From assembly GCA_034408725.1 (NCBI GenBank), contig JAWXCN010000079.1, positions 1-38,321 on the forward strand: a stretch of DNA of 38,321 nt, given 5' to 3'. Positions 1 to 8,460 of this stretch are shown piece after piece. Both the position numbers and the translations under genes were made by a program. Each line of letters opens with the position of its first letter. Within the stretch, counting starts at the first letter, position 1. Below the pieces are notes generated by a model that did not search any database, had not been told where the DNA came from, and saw only the letters and a program-made list of their open reading frames with translations. This stretch comes from Candidatus Hydrogenedentota bacterium. GTDB lineage: Bacteria > Hydrogenedentota > Hydrogenedentia > Hydrogenedentales > SLHB01.

Positions 1-481
1 CATATACATACGTGGCAAATAAACCCCCTGGCCGCAGGGCATGCAATGCCGCATCCAGCAGGTTCTCCTGGAGTGGTTCCGTAAAAAAAGTCCAAGGCAG
101 GCCCGAAACGATTGCGTCGCAATACTCCACGCCGGCCTTCTTCAGATATTTCTGTGTGTTTTCCGCGCTATCGTGGTGAAATGTCGCGGACGGATACTGC
201 TTGCGCAGCAGGTTTACAAAATCCTCGTTGATCTCCATCGCGAAAAAAGTCGCATCGGGTCGAAGCGACGGAATCAGCGCCTGTGTAATTGCACCAGTTC
301 CCGGCCCAAATTCGACCACGACTTTAGCCTGCGGCACGCGGGCCGTCTCCACGACGACCGCCGCGAGTTGTTTGGAACTGGGCGTCACCGACCCCACGTC
401 GCCCGGGTTGGCAATGAACTCTTTCAGAAACTTTAACCCATGCACAGACGCATGTTTCCTTCCTGTGCGGTCTGGAATCAT
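1..481 (-). CDS. Phospholipid N-methyltransferase (rhizobial PmtA-type class I SAM methyltransferase), 3' end outside the window
   Basis: Not in the ORF track; my translation gives ..HGLKFLKEFIANPGDVGSVTPSSKQLA..VVEFGPGTGAIT..AMEINEDF..DAIVSGLPW..LRPGGLFATYVY. It has SAM motif I (VEFGPGTG) and the PSS and SGLP motifs. Start is ATG 481 (TGATG overlap with the permease stop) or GTG 445. Confidence 0.8.
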   Translation of the reverse strand, partial: MIPDRTGRKHASVHGLKFLKEFIANPGDVGSVTPSSKQLAAVVVETARVPQAKVVVEFGPGTGAITQALIPSLRPDATFFAMEINEDFVNLLRKQYPSATFHHDSAENTQKYLKKAGVEYCDAIVSGLPWTFFTEPLQENLLDAALHALRPGGLFATYVY

Positions 482-1323
482 CAGCCCTTCAGGGCACCCC
501 GCATAATGCCCTCGACGAATTGTTTTTGCGCAAAGACGTATAAGATTACCACAGGCACAATACTGAAAACAGCCGCTGCCATGAGCAAATTCCACGGCGC
601 GCTCCCTTCTTCCGCCTGTTTGCGCAAATACGCGAGCCCGAGTGGAAGTGTTCGCATTATGCTCGAATTCGTAATGACAAGCGGCCACAAGTAAGCGTTC
701 CATTGTCCAAGCAAGGCCACCAGCGCCGTAGCAGTGAGCACGGGTTTGCTCATTGGAATGGCAATTTGCCAAAGAATGCGCCCGTGGCCTGCGCCATCGG
801 CTTTGGCCGCTTCAATGAGCGATCCCGGCAACTGGCGAAACTGCTGATGCAACACAAACACCGGAAACGCCTGCGCAATCCCAGGAACAATAAGACCGGC
901 ATAGGTGTCAATCCAGCCCAACTTGTTCAAAAGAAGAAAATTGGGCACTAGCTTCATTTCTTCGGGAACGATCATGGTCGAGATTACCGCGACGAGCAAT
1001 AGGGTTTTTCCTGGAAACCGGATGATCGCGAAGGCGTAGGCCATCAGCAATGCACCGTTGATTTGAAGCGCGGCGCCGGCACATGCAACGACGATACTGT
1101 TCCAATAAAAGCGAGCAAACGGCGCGGACGACCACGCCTCGGCGTAGTTCGCCCAGAGAAGGGTTTGTGGCCACCAGCGCGGCGGATACACGGCGACTTC
1201 TTGCGCGGACTTCAAAGACGTCAACACCATCCAGAAGAATGGCAAACCCAGCAGCAGCGTGGCGCAGATCAACGCGCAATATACCGGGAATCGTGACGCC
1301 CAGAAAATGCGCCCGCGGTTCAT
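481..1323 (-). CDS. Carbohydrate ABC transporter permease (UgpE/MalG-like)
   Basis: Multiple TM segments; EAA motif LIEAAKADGAG; WNAYLWPL; overlaps the stop of the upstream permease. Confidence 0.92.
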   Translation of the reverse strand: MNRGRIFWASRFPVYCALICATLLLGLPFFWMVLTSLKSAQEVAVYPPRWWPQTLLWANYAEAWSSAPFARFYWNSIVVACAGAALQINGALLMAYAFAIIRFPGKTLLLVAVISTMIVPEEMKLVPNFLLLNKLGWIDTYAGLIVPGIAQAFPVFVLHQQFRQLPGSLIEAAKADGAGHGRILWQIAIPMSKPVLTATALVALLGQWNAYLWPLVITNSSIMRTLPLGLAYLRKQAEEGSAPWNLLMAAAVFSIVPVVILYVFAQKQFVEGIMRGALKG

Positions 1324-2240
1324 TCGCCGTAGTGGACCCGGCGCAACGCGAAACGGAACTGCGCCAGGACCACCCCGATTGTTATCGCGAAAAACACCAG
1401 TGCAAATGCGGACGCGTAGCCGGCGCGGTATTCGCGAAACGCGAGCACGTACAAATGGTATACGTACATGCTCGACGCCGGATACACCGGCCCCCCCTCC
1501 GTCATGATGGCGACGGTGTCGAATGTTTTCGTTGCCGCAATGACGCCTGTGATTGCAAGAAAGAAAATCGTGGGCCCCATCAAGGGAAGCGTCAGATGCC
1601 GCAAACGCGCCAGCAGCCCCGCGCCGTCCAGCGCGGCGGCCTCAAAACTTTCGCGAGGCATTCCCTGAAGACCCGCGAGAAAAAACAGGCTTGCGAACGC
1701 GGTCTCTTTCCACACGCCAACCACAATGAGCGCCGCCAAGGCAAGCCCGCTGCTTTCGAGCCAGTTCGGCCCTTGCAAGGCGAGCATCGAATAAACAGAC
1801 GACAGTGGGCCGTATTGAGGGTGCAACAGCAGGACCCAAACCAGCGCCGCCGCCGCAGTCATGGTTACGTGAGGAAGGAAGGCGACGGTACGAAAAATGC
1901 CCTGGCCATAAACGGGTGCATTCAACAAGTGCGCCAGCAAAAACGCGCAAACCTGGGCAAGGACCACCACGGTTCCCGCGTACACCAGCGTGTTGCGCAG
2001 CACCCGCCAGAAGGATGGGTCGCTCACGAGTTCACGATAATTGGCAAATCCAACGTACGCATGCGCGGGCCGAAGCAAATCCCAATCGGTCATGCTTAAC
2101 CAGAAGCTATAACAAATAGGCCAATACGTGAACACCAGAAACAGAATCGCGTTCGGCAAAATGAAAAGCAGAAATGTCATCCACTCCCGGCGCTCTTTGC
2201 GCCAACGGCGTGTGAACTGCCCACCGGCATGCGTGGTCAT
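1320..2240 (-). CDS. Carbohydrate ABC transporter permease (UgpA/MalF-like)
   Basis: YVGFANY; EAA motif FEAAALDGAG; MTEGGP; TM pattern. Confidence 0.92.
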   Translation of the reverse strand: MTTHAGGQFTRRWRKERREWMTFLLFILPNAILFLVFTYWPICYSFWLSMTDWDLLRPAHAYVGFANYRELVSDPSFWRVLRNTLVYAGTVVVLAQVCAFLLAHLLNAPVYGQGIFRTVAFLPHVTMTAAAALVWVLLLHPQYGPLSSVYSMLALQGPNWLESSGLALAALIVVGVWKETAFASLFFLAGLQGMPRESFEAAALDGAGLLARLRHLTLPLMGPTIFFLAITGVIAATKTFDTVAIMTEGGPVYPASSMYVYHLYVLAFREYRAGYASAFALVFFAITIGVVLAQFRFALRRVHYGE

Positions 2241-2283
2241 GCCCTGTTCCCGTAAAGTCTTTCGCCCCCGTCATTCATTTTAT

Positions 2284-3567
2284 TCAGGACAACTCCCGCT
2301 TAATGGCAGCTTCCGCCTTTGCGTCCGCGGCGTCCAACGCCGTTTGTGGGTCAGCGCCCTCGACCATTATCTTCTGAAACGCCTCGTCGAACGAAGTGCG
2401 GACCGCGGGCGACATGTTTACCGAAAAGTCGGCGCGAATAAATGGCAGCGTGGAATGAATCACCGCGTAACGCGGATCGCCCAAGAGATCGCCCGCCGAG
2501 GCCTGCGCGGACGCGCTATACGCGGCGTATCCTGTTTGCTTCGCGTAATACCCGATCTGTTCCGGCGCGAGCATGAAACGCATGAAACTCCAGGCGGCCT
2601 CGCGCCGGTCTTCGGGACACGTAGACAACATCGCAAGTCCGCCGCCGCCCGGCGCGTAAATCTTCCCCTTGACTCCAGCAGGATAATTCGCGACGCCCGG
2701 CATAAAACCATGCGCCAGTTTGAACACCTCGCTGAAAGCGTCCTGCGAGTCGAGGATCATCGCAACGCGCCGGTTCACAAACGCGGCGCGGTGTCCGCCA
2801 GACGCCTTGTCAGGCATGATCGCAGACCCTTCCTGGATCAACGATTGCAGTTCCGCGAGCAACTTCACGACAACAGGGTCGTTCAAGGTAATATTCGAAT
2901 AGTCGCGCGATGTCAGCTCCCCACCTTCCGACCAGACCATTGAAAACATTGGCCACGTGATGCTCCACAGCGCAAGCCCCGCCTGTTGCACGGCGCCGTC
3001 TTCGTTTCGCACAGTCAGCGTGCGCGCTAACGAGAAGAATTCGGTCCAGGTTTCAGGAGGCGCCGCCCGCCCCGCGCGAGCGAATGCCTCCGTGTTGTAG
3101 TACAAGACGGGCACTGCCACGTTAAACGGCAACCAGTAGACCCCGCCGTCGATCTCGCCCGCGCGCGCCATTGTCGGTGGCCAATCGGATCGGTCGATGC
3201 CCCGCGCACCCTCCAAATATGGCCGGAGATCGACCAGTGCCCCGCTCCTTGCGAACTGCCGGATTTCAAAAGTACCCAATTGCGTGACATCCGGCCCCGA
3301 CCGCGCCGCGGTGGCCGTAACCAGTTTGGTCGCGAGATCGCCATAAGTCCCTTGATATTCCGAGGTAACCTGGGTCGACGGGTTCGCAGTGTTAAACCGC
3401 TGCACAAGTTCGTCCTGTGCTTCACCCGACGCCCCGGATAACGTGCGCCAATAGGCAAGTTGTGTCCCGGTAACACCCCTAGGTCGTTTTTCCCCACAAG
3501 CGCCGATCATCACGGCGATGCCGAGGCACACTGACCCCGTGAAAACCCGAATGTAATGACTTTTCAT
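2284..3567 (-). CDS. ABC transporter substrate-binding lipoprotein (UgpB-like, CUT1 family)
   Basis: Lipobox-like MIGAC; FNTANP..EYQGTY; LPFNVAVPVLYYN; PETWTEF; AAWSFMRF. ATG 3567 preferred over TTG 3585. Confidence 0.88.
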   Translation of the reverse strand: MKSHYIRVFTGSVCLGIAVMIGACGEKRPRGVTGTQLAYWRTLSGASGEAQDELVQRFNTANPSTQVTSEYQGTYGDLATKLVTATAARSGPDVTQLGTFEIRQFARSGALVDLRPYLEGARGIDRSDWPPTMARAGEIDGGVYWLPFNVAVPVLYYNTEAFARAGRAAPPETWTEFFSLARTLTVRNEDGAVQQAGLALWSITWPMFSMVWSEGGELTSRDYSNITLNDPVVVKLLAELQSLIQEGSAIMPDKASGGHRAAFVNRRVAMILDSQDAFSEVFKLAHGFMPGVANYPAGVKGKIYAPGGGGLAMLSTCPEDRREAAWSFMRFMLAPEQIGYYAKQTGYAAYSASAQASAGDLLGDPRYAVIHSTLPFIRADFSVNMSPAVRTSFDEAFQKIMVEGADPQTALDAADAKAEAAIKRELS

Positions 3568-3679
3568 GTTCCGGGAGGGTACCAAGCGGGTGTCAACAGG
3601 TCAAAAGCGCCGGCCCTTTTTCGCGTCGCTCGTCTTCCAGTATGATAGCCGCCTTATCTACCGCAAACGGCGAGGAACC

Positions 3680-4780
3680 ATGAATTTTATAGCTGATCGT
3701 ATGAGTCGGATTGATTCCAGCGGCATTCGCAAGATTTTTGCCTTGGCGGCCGACCTGAAGAACCCAATAAATCTCAGTATCGGGCAGCCGGACTACGATG
3801 TGGACGATGCTGTAAAAGATGTCGCAATCGCGGAGATTCGGGCGGGGTTTAACAAGTACACGCAAACGGGCGGTATCGACGAACTACGGACTGAAGCGTC
3901 GGTTTACTACGAGCGCCGGTTCGGCGTCGGCCTCGAAAATGTCATGGTCACTTCCGGCGTGTCCGGTGGACTTTTCCTTGCTCTCCTCGCCACAGTCAAC
4001 CCCGGCGATGAGGTCATCTTCGCTGACCCGTATTTCGTCATGTACAAACATCTCGTCAATCTGCTCGGCGGCGTCTGCGCGATGGTAGACACCTATCCGC
4101 ATTTCAAGCTGACAGCCGAAGGCGTCGAGCGCGTCATTACGCCGCGATCGAAAATACTCATCGTGAACTCCCCTTCCAACCCAACGGGCGTCACACTTTC
4201 CGGCATCGAGATGGCCGGCCTCGCGGAACTCGCGAAAAAACATCGGCTCCTCGTCATTTCCGACGACATCTACGATCAGTTCCACTACGACGGGCCGGCA
4301 GGGAGCATGGCCGGGCTGTGTGAACACACGGTCGTGCTCAACGGCTTCTCGAAAACAGCGGCAATGACCGGTTGGCGCGTCGGTTTCGCAGCGGGGCCGA
4401 AAGACCTGATGGACAAAATGAACACCTTGCAGCAATACACGTTTGTTTGCGCGCCGTCGTTTGCGCAAAAAGCAGCCGTCACGGCGCTCCGGCTGGACAC
4501 CACCGAAAAACTGAATGCCTACAGGCGCAAGCGAGATTTGGCGTATCACGGGTTATGCGCGCTGGGCTTTGAGGTCCAAAAACCCGGTGGTGCGTTCTAT
4601 ATTTTTCCAAAAGCCCCAAATGGAAATGGGAACGACTTCGTCACAAAAGCAATTGAAAACAATCTGTTGATCATTCCAGGGTCGGTGTTTAGCGAAAAGA
4701 ACTCCCACTTTCGCATCAGTTTTGCCGCCACAGACGACACAATTCAGCGAGGTCTCGACGTGCTTGGCGCAATTCGTTAA
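3680..4780 (+). CDS. PLP-dependent class I/II aminotransferase (aspartate aminotransferase-like)
   Basis: NLSIGQPD; NSPSNPTG; SDDIY; GFSKTAAMTGWRVG (PLP lysine); SD GAGGA before ATG 3680. Confidence 0.93.
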   Translation: MNFIADRMSRIDSSGIRKIFALAADLKNPINLSIGQPDYDVDDAVKDVAIAEIRAGFNKYTQTGGIDELRTEASVYYERRFGVGLENVMVTSGVSGGLFLALLATVNPGDEVIFADPYFVMYKHLVNLLGGVCAMVDTYPHFKLTAEGVERVITPRSKILIVNSPSNPTGVTLSGIEMAGLAELAKKHRLLVISDDIYDQFHYDGPAGSMAGLCEHTVVLNGFSKTAAMTGWRVGFAAGPKDLMDKMNTLQQYTFVCAPSFAQKAAVTALRLDTTEKLNAYRRKRDLAYHGLCALGFEVQKPGGAFYIFPKAPNGNGNDFVTKAIENNLLIIPGSVFSEKNSHFRISFAATDDTIQRGLDVLGAIR

Positions 4781-4824
4781 TCGGCGAACCCGAAACGAAA
4801 TACAACGGAGGCTATGTACACCGG

Positions 4825-6018
4825 ATGAGTGACGAGACCACCCACTTCTATGATTATGTGCTCAGCGTGTACATGCAGGGAATGCTCGGCGCGAAGCCCT
4901 CTCTGCCGATGTCGCTAGATGGACTCGAAAAGCGCGCCCGGGAAAAACTGGACCCGAAGGCATACTGGTATGTTGCCGGCGGCGCGGGCATGGGCGACAC
5001 CGTCGAATCCAATCGCGCGGCATTTCAACGCGTACAACTCGTGCCGCGCGTCTGCCGTGACGTAAGCCGGCGAAACTGGCAAACCCGCATTCTGAACACC
5101 GTCGCCACTGCTCCCATCATGCTCGCGCCCGTCGGGGTACAGGAAATTGTTCATCCCGATGCCGAACTGGCGGTAGCGCGCGCCGCAAAATCCGTTGGCG
5201 TACCCATGATGCTATCGACGCTTTCGTCGTATTCGATGGAGGAAGTCGCCAGTGAGCTTGGCGCGACACCACGATGGTTTCAGTTGTATCCCCCTAGGAA
5301 CATGGAGTTGGCGCAAAGTCTGATTCAACGCGCGGAAGCCTCGGGATATGAGGCCATCGTCATCACCGTTGACACGCGCCAGATTGGCTGGCGCTGGCAT
5401 GACCTGAGCGAAGCCTACCTTCCCTTCCTCCTCGGGCAGGGGATCAGGAATTACATCACCGATCCAGTATTTCGTGGCCTCCTCGACGAAACGCCGGAGG
5501 AGAATCCTCGCGGCGCGGTGGCAAAGTGGACAGAAATCTACGAAGACTCGAGCCAGTCATGGGACCACTTTGCGCGCATGAAGGAAATGACGCGATTACC
5601 GGTGCTCATTAAAGGGATTTTGCATGCAGACGATGCACGGCGCGCCGCCGAGCTCGGATTCGATGGCGTAGTCATTTCCAACCACGGTGGTCGGCAAATA
5701 GACGGATGCATCGCACCGCTCGACGCGCTTCCGGCGATTGTGGATGGGGTAGGCGATCAGCTCGCGATACTGCTCGACAGCGGGATCCGTTGCGGCTCGG
5801 ATATTGTTAAAGCCCTCGCACTGGGCGCGCATTCCGTACTCATTGGCCGTCCGTATGTCTGGGGTCTCGCGGTAGACGGTGAAAATGGTGTGCGCGAAGT
5901 CCTGAGCCGCTTGCTTGCGGAATTTGACGTCACCTGCGCACTATGCGGGTTCTCAAAAATTTCGGACATCACCCGCGACGCCATCGCCAGCAGCCGTATC
6001 GCCCCGCGCACTGGATAA
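4825..6018 (+). CDS. FMN-dependent alpha-hydroxy-acid oxidase (lactate 2-monooxygenase-like)
   Basis: YVAGGAG; LAPVG; WFQLY; IKGI; SNHGGRQ; DSGIR; IGRPY; SD GGAGG. Confidence 0.92.
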   Translation: MSDETTHFYDYVLSVYMQGMLGAKPSLPMSLDGLEKRAREKLDPKAYWYVAGGAGMGDTVESNRAAFQRVQLVPRVCRDVSRRNWQTRILNTVATAPIMLAPVGVQEIVHPDAELAVARAAKSVGVPMMLSTLSSYSMEEVASELGATPRWFQLYPPRNMELAQSLIQRAEASGYEAIVITVDTRQIGWRWHDLSEAYLPFLLGQGIRNYITDPVFRGLLDETPEENPRGAVAKWTEIYEDSSQSWDHFARMKEMTRLPVLIKGILHADDARRAAELGFDGVVISNHGGRQIDGCIAPLDALPAIVDGVGDQLAILLDSGIRCGSDIVKALALGAHSVLIGRPYVWGLAVDGENGVREVLSRLLAEFDVTCALCGFSKISDITRDAIASSRIAPRTG

Positions 6019-6076
6019 TCGAATGCCATTCACCGGGTGGAAGCTGAAACGGATGCTGTTCAAATCCGGCGCCGCC

Positions 6077-7039
6077 ATGCAACACGCCACCATTGATGGC
6101 ATCGGCAAACCGATCAGTTGCCTTGTTCAGGGGACCGTTATGGTGCCGGGCGACAACGAACTTCGTGCGCACGCACTGTTGGATGGCGTACTCGTTCAGG
6201 GCTGTACTGCCTTTGACACCGCGCACGTCTACTCTAACGGAGAGAATGAACGGTCTTTCGGGCGCTGGCTGGAGTCGCGCGGCATCCGCGATCAGGTTGT
6301 AATCATTGCCAAGGGCGCGCACCAAAACGCAGACCGTAATTGCGTCACACCTTTCGACATCTCTGCGCACCTTCATGATTCGCTGGCCCGGCTAAAAACG
6401 GACCATATCGATTTGTATATGCTGCACCGCGACGATCCATCGCAGCCGGTCGGGCCGATCATGGAAGCACTGAATGGTCACCTTCGGGCGGGAATGATAG
6501 GCGCTATCGGAGCATCCAATTGGACCGCGCGCCGGTTCGCCGAAGCGAACGCATATGCGGCGGCACATGGACTTCACCCATTTTGCGTAAGCAGCCCGCA
6601 ATTCAGCCTCGCGGAAATGATCAACGAACCCTGGGAAAATTGCCACAGCATCAGCGGTCCGCAGGGCGAGTCTGATCGAGTCTGGTACCAGGAAAACGAG
6701 GTGCCGCTGCTGCCTTGGTCTCCGTTGGCCGGTGGTTTTCTGTCGGGAACTGTGTCGCGCCAGAACGTCCGCCAACATACGGGCCAACTGTACCATCGTT
6801 GTTATGCATGCGAAGCAAACCTTACGCGCGTGGACAGGCTTCACGAACTCAGCCGCGAAAAACGCTGCACCGTCCCGCAATTGGCGCTCGCGTGGTTGTT
6901 ACAACAACCGTTGAACCTGATTCCTGTTGTTGGCCCGCGGCATCCCCGCGAATTCGAACAACTGATCAAGTCATTTGACCTTCAACTCACCGCCGGGGAA
7001 TTGGAATGGCTGGACCTGGAACGCGATGTTCGGATTTAG
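6077..7039 (+). CDS. Aldo/keto reductase
   Basis: FDTAHVY (Asp/Tyr); IAKG; IDLYMLH; IGASN; PWSPLAGG. Start at 6077 or 6053. Confidence 0.9.
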   Translation: MQHATIDGIGKPISCLVQGTVMVPGDNELRAHALLDGVLVQGCTAFDTAHVYSNGENERSFGRWLESRGIRDQVVIIAKGAHQNADRNCVTPFDISAHLHDSLARLKTDHIDLYMLHRDDPSQPVGPIMEALNGHLRAGMIGAIGASNWTARRFAEANAYAAAHGLHPFCVSSPQFSLAEMINEPWENCHSISGPQGESDRVWYQENEVPLLPWSPLAGGFLSGTVSRQNVRQHTGQLYHRCYACEANLTRVDRLHELSREKRCTVPQLALAWLLQQPLNLIPVVGPRHPREFEQLIKSFDLQLTAGELEWLDLERDVRI

Positions 7040-7799
7040 GAAAAAAAAGCGCGAAAAAAAGCGCTCGCTCCCGTTTCCTCGCGAATGGGACGAAATCCTG
7101 GCGCGAAACGTGCCGTATTTTCTCCACCTGCCCTTGGAAGGCCAAGACGCGCTGCGTGGACATATCAACGTCCTGCTCGCGGAGAAAAACTTCGAGGGTT
7201 GCGGCGGCCTCGAAATGACTGACGAAATCCGCGTCACCATCGCGGCCTATGCCGCCATCCTCATGCTCAACCGCGACGTAGACTACTATCCCGGCCTGGC
7301 CTCAATCCTCGTGTATCCGGATGCTTTTGTTGTACCGGATGAACCACCGTTTGACGACGTCGAAGTGCTTCAGGAAGAAGACGTGCGGCTGGGTGAGTCG
7401 TGGACCAATGGCGCAATCGTGCTTTCCTGGAAATCTATCGCGAACAGCATGCGCAAACGCGGCGCGGCCCATAACGTCATCTTGCACGAATTCGCCCATC
7501 AGGTGGATTTCGAAGATGGAATTACCGATGGCGTGCCGCTACTGGATGACAATGCGGCGCATGCGGAGTGGACGCGTGTGATGACTGGCGCATACGAAGC
7601 ACTTTGGCAAGACATCGAGAAAAACCGCAACTCGTGGCTCGACGAGTACGGTGCAACGGACCCCGCCGAGTTCTTCGCAGTCTTGACCGAAACGTTTTTT
7701 ATGCGGCCGCACACGCTGCAGCGCAAACACCCGGACGTCTATGCGGTGTTGCGGGAATATTACCGGCAAGACCCGGCGGCGATCATGCCCAAAATCTGA
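7026..7799 (+). CDS. mtfA: MtfA-family zinc metallopeptidase (M90)
   Basis: FEGCGGLE; SILVYP; GESW; HNVILHEFAH (HExxH); YGATDPAEFFAVLTETFF. Overlaps the end of the AKR gene. Confidence 0.88.
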   Translation: MFGFRKKKREKKRSLPFPREWDEILARNVPYFLHLPLEGQDALRGHINVLLAEKNFEGCGGLEMTDEIRVTIAAYAAILMLNRDVDYYPGLASILVYPDAFVVPDEPPFDDVEVLQEEDVRLGESWTNGAIVLSWKSIANSMRKRGAAHNVILHEFAHQVDFEDGITDGVPLLDDNAAHAEWTRVMTGAYEALWQDIEKNRNSWLDEYGATDPAEFFAVLTETFFMRPHTLQRKHPDVYAVLREYYRQDPAAIMPKI

Positions 7800-7809
7800 T
7801 GCCCAACCC

Positions 7810-8214
7810 CTACGTATTCGGGTCTTCTTCGTTCGACTCAACTTCGCCGTCCGATGCATCCTCGTACTGCTCAATGACTGCTTCGTCGATCGGGTCGTCC
7901 AGTGCATCAAGAAGACCGGCGGCGTCCTCGGCAAACTCTGGCGGCACTTCAACGGCCGCAAACGCGCTCTCCCGGGTCATGCCGCCCAACAGGTTTTGCC
8001 CAACCGCGTTCTGAATGACATACGGGATTTCAGCGCCCTGGAGGATCGATTCGGCTACCGCAATTTCCGCCGCGTCGTTAGACTCGAACACTTTCACTGT
8101 TTCCTGGTAAACCGGTTCGAGGTCATCAGGCTCTTCCGCGACAAGCGCCACTTTGCACTCTGGGCATTCCTCGACACCGTCCTCAAATTCCGTTCCACAA
8201 TCTGGACAATACAT
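7810..8214 (-). CDS. Small zinc-ribbon protein with a DUF2007/PII-like domain and an acidic tail
   Basis: MYCPDCGTEF..CPECKVALV, then AEIAVAESILQGAEIP..VEVP..AEDA; GGAGGTG SD before ATG 8214. Confidence 0.75.
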   Translation of the reverse strand: MYCPDCGTEFEDGVEECPECKVALVAEEPDDLEPVYQETVKVFESNDAAEIAVAESILQGAEIPYVIQNAVGQNLLGGMTRESAFAAVEVPPEFAEDAAGLLDALDDPIDEAVIEQYEDASDGEVESNEEDPNT

Positions 8215-8353
8215 GCCGCACCTCCGCGCGCCTGCTGCGCTTTTGCGCGCATTGTAACGCAAATCGGGCCGCGCGCGTAGTATGTCGCGAATACGAAACT
8301 TTTTTGCGCTCCCGCATATCGATCCGGTACGCGTGGGTTACACGGAAATGAAT

Positions 8354-8362
8354 TGCTATACT
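8354..8362 (+). promoter_or_regulatory. Extended -10 promoter element (TGnTATACT) for alpha-2-macroglobulin/pbpC
   Basis: TGCTATACT about 100 nt upstream of the probable start; the identical 9-mer precedes rimO. Confidence 0.5.
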
Positions 8363-8460
8363 TGCCCTCCAAAGGCGCTCCGCTCCATTGTGGACGCGGG
8401 GCGTGCGTGTGTCGTCGGTCTTCAATCGCTGCCTTTCGCGCAGCTCCGGGGTGTCTTGCC

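Noticed and set aside
41..506. Plus-strand ORFs 41..436 and 201..506
   Set aside because: Antisense shadows of the minus-strand methyltransferase, which the ORF track missed because it runs off the window.
1083..2943. Long plus-strand ORFs 1083..2099 and 2128..2943
   Set aside because: Arg-rich antisense frames over clear ABC transporter genes; no recognisable motifs.
8353..8460. N-terminal extension of alpha-2-macroglobulin from TTG 8353
   Set aside because: That TTG overlaps the extended -10 element; the lipoprotein signal fits a start at 8461 or 8488.
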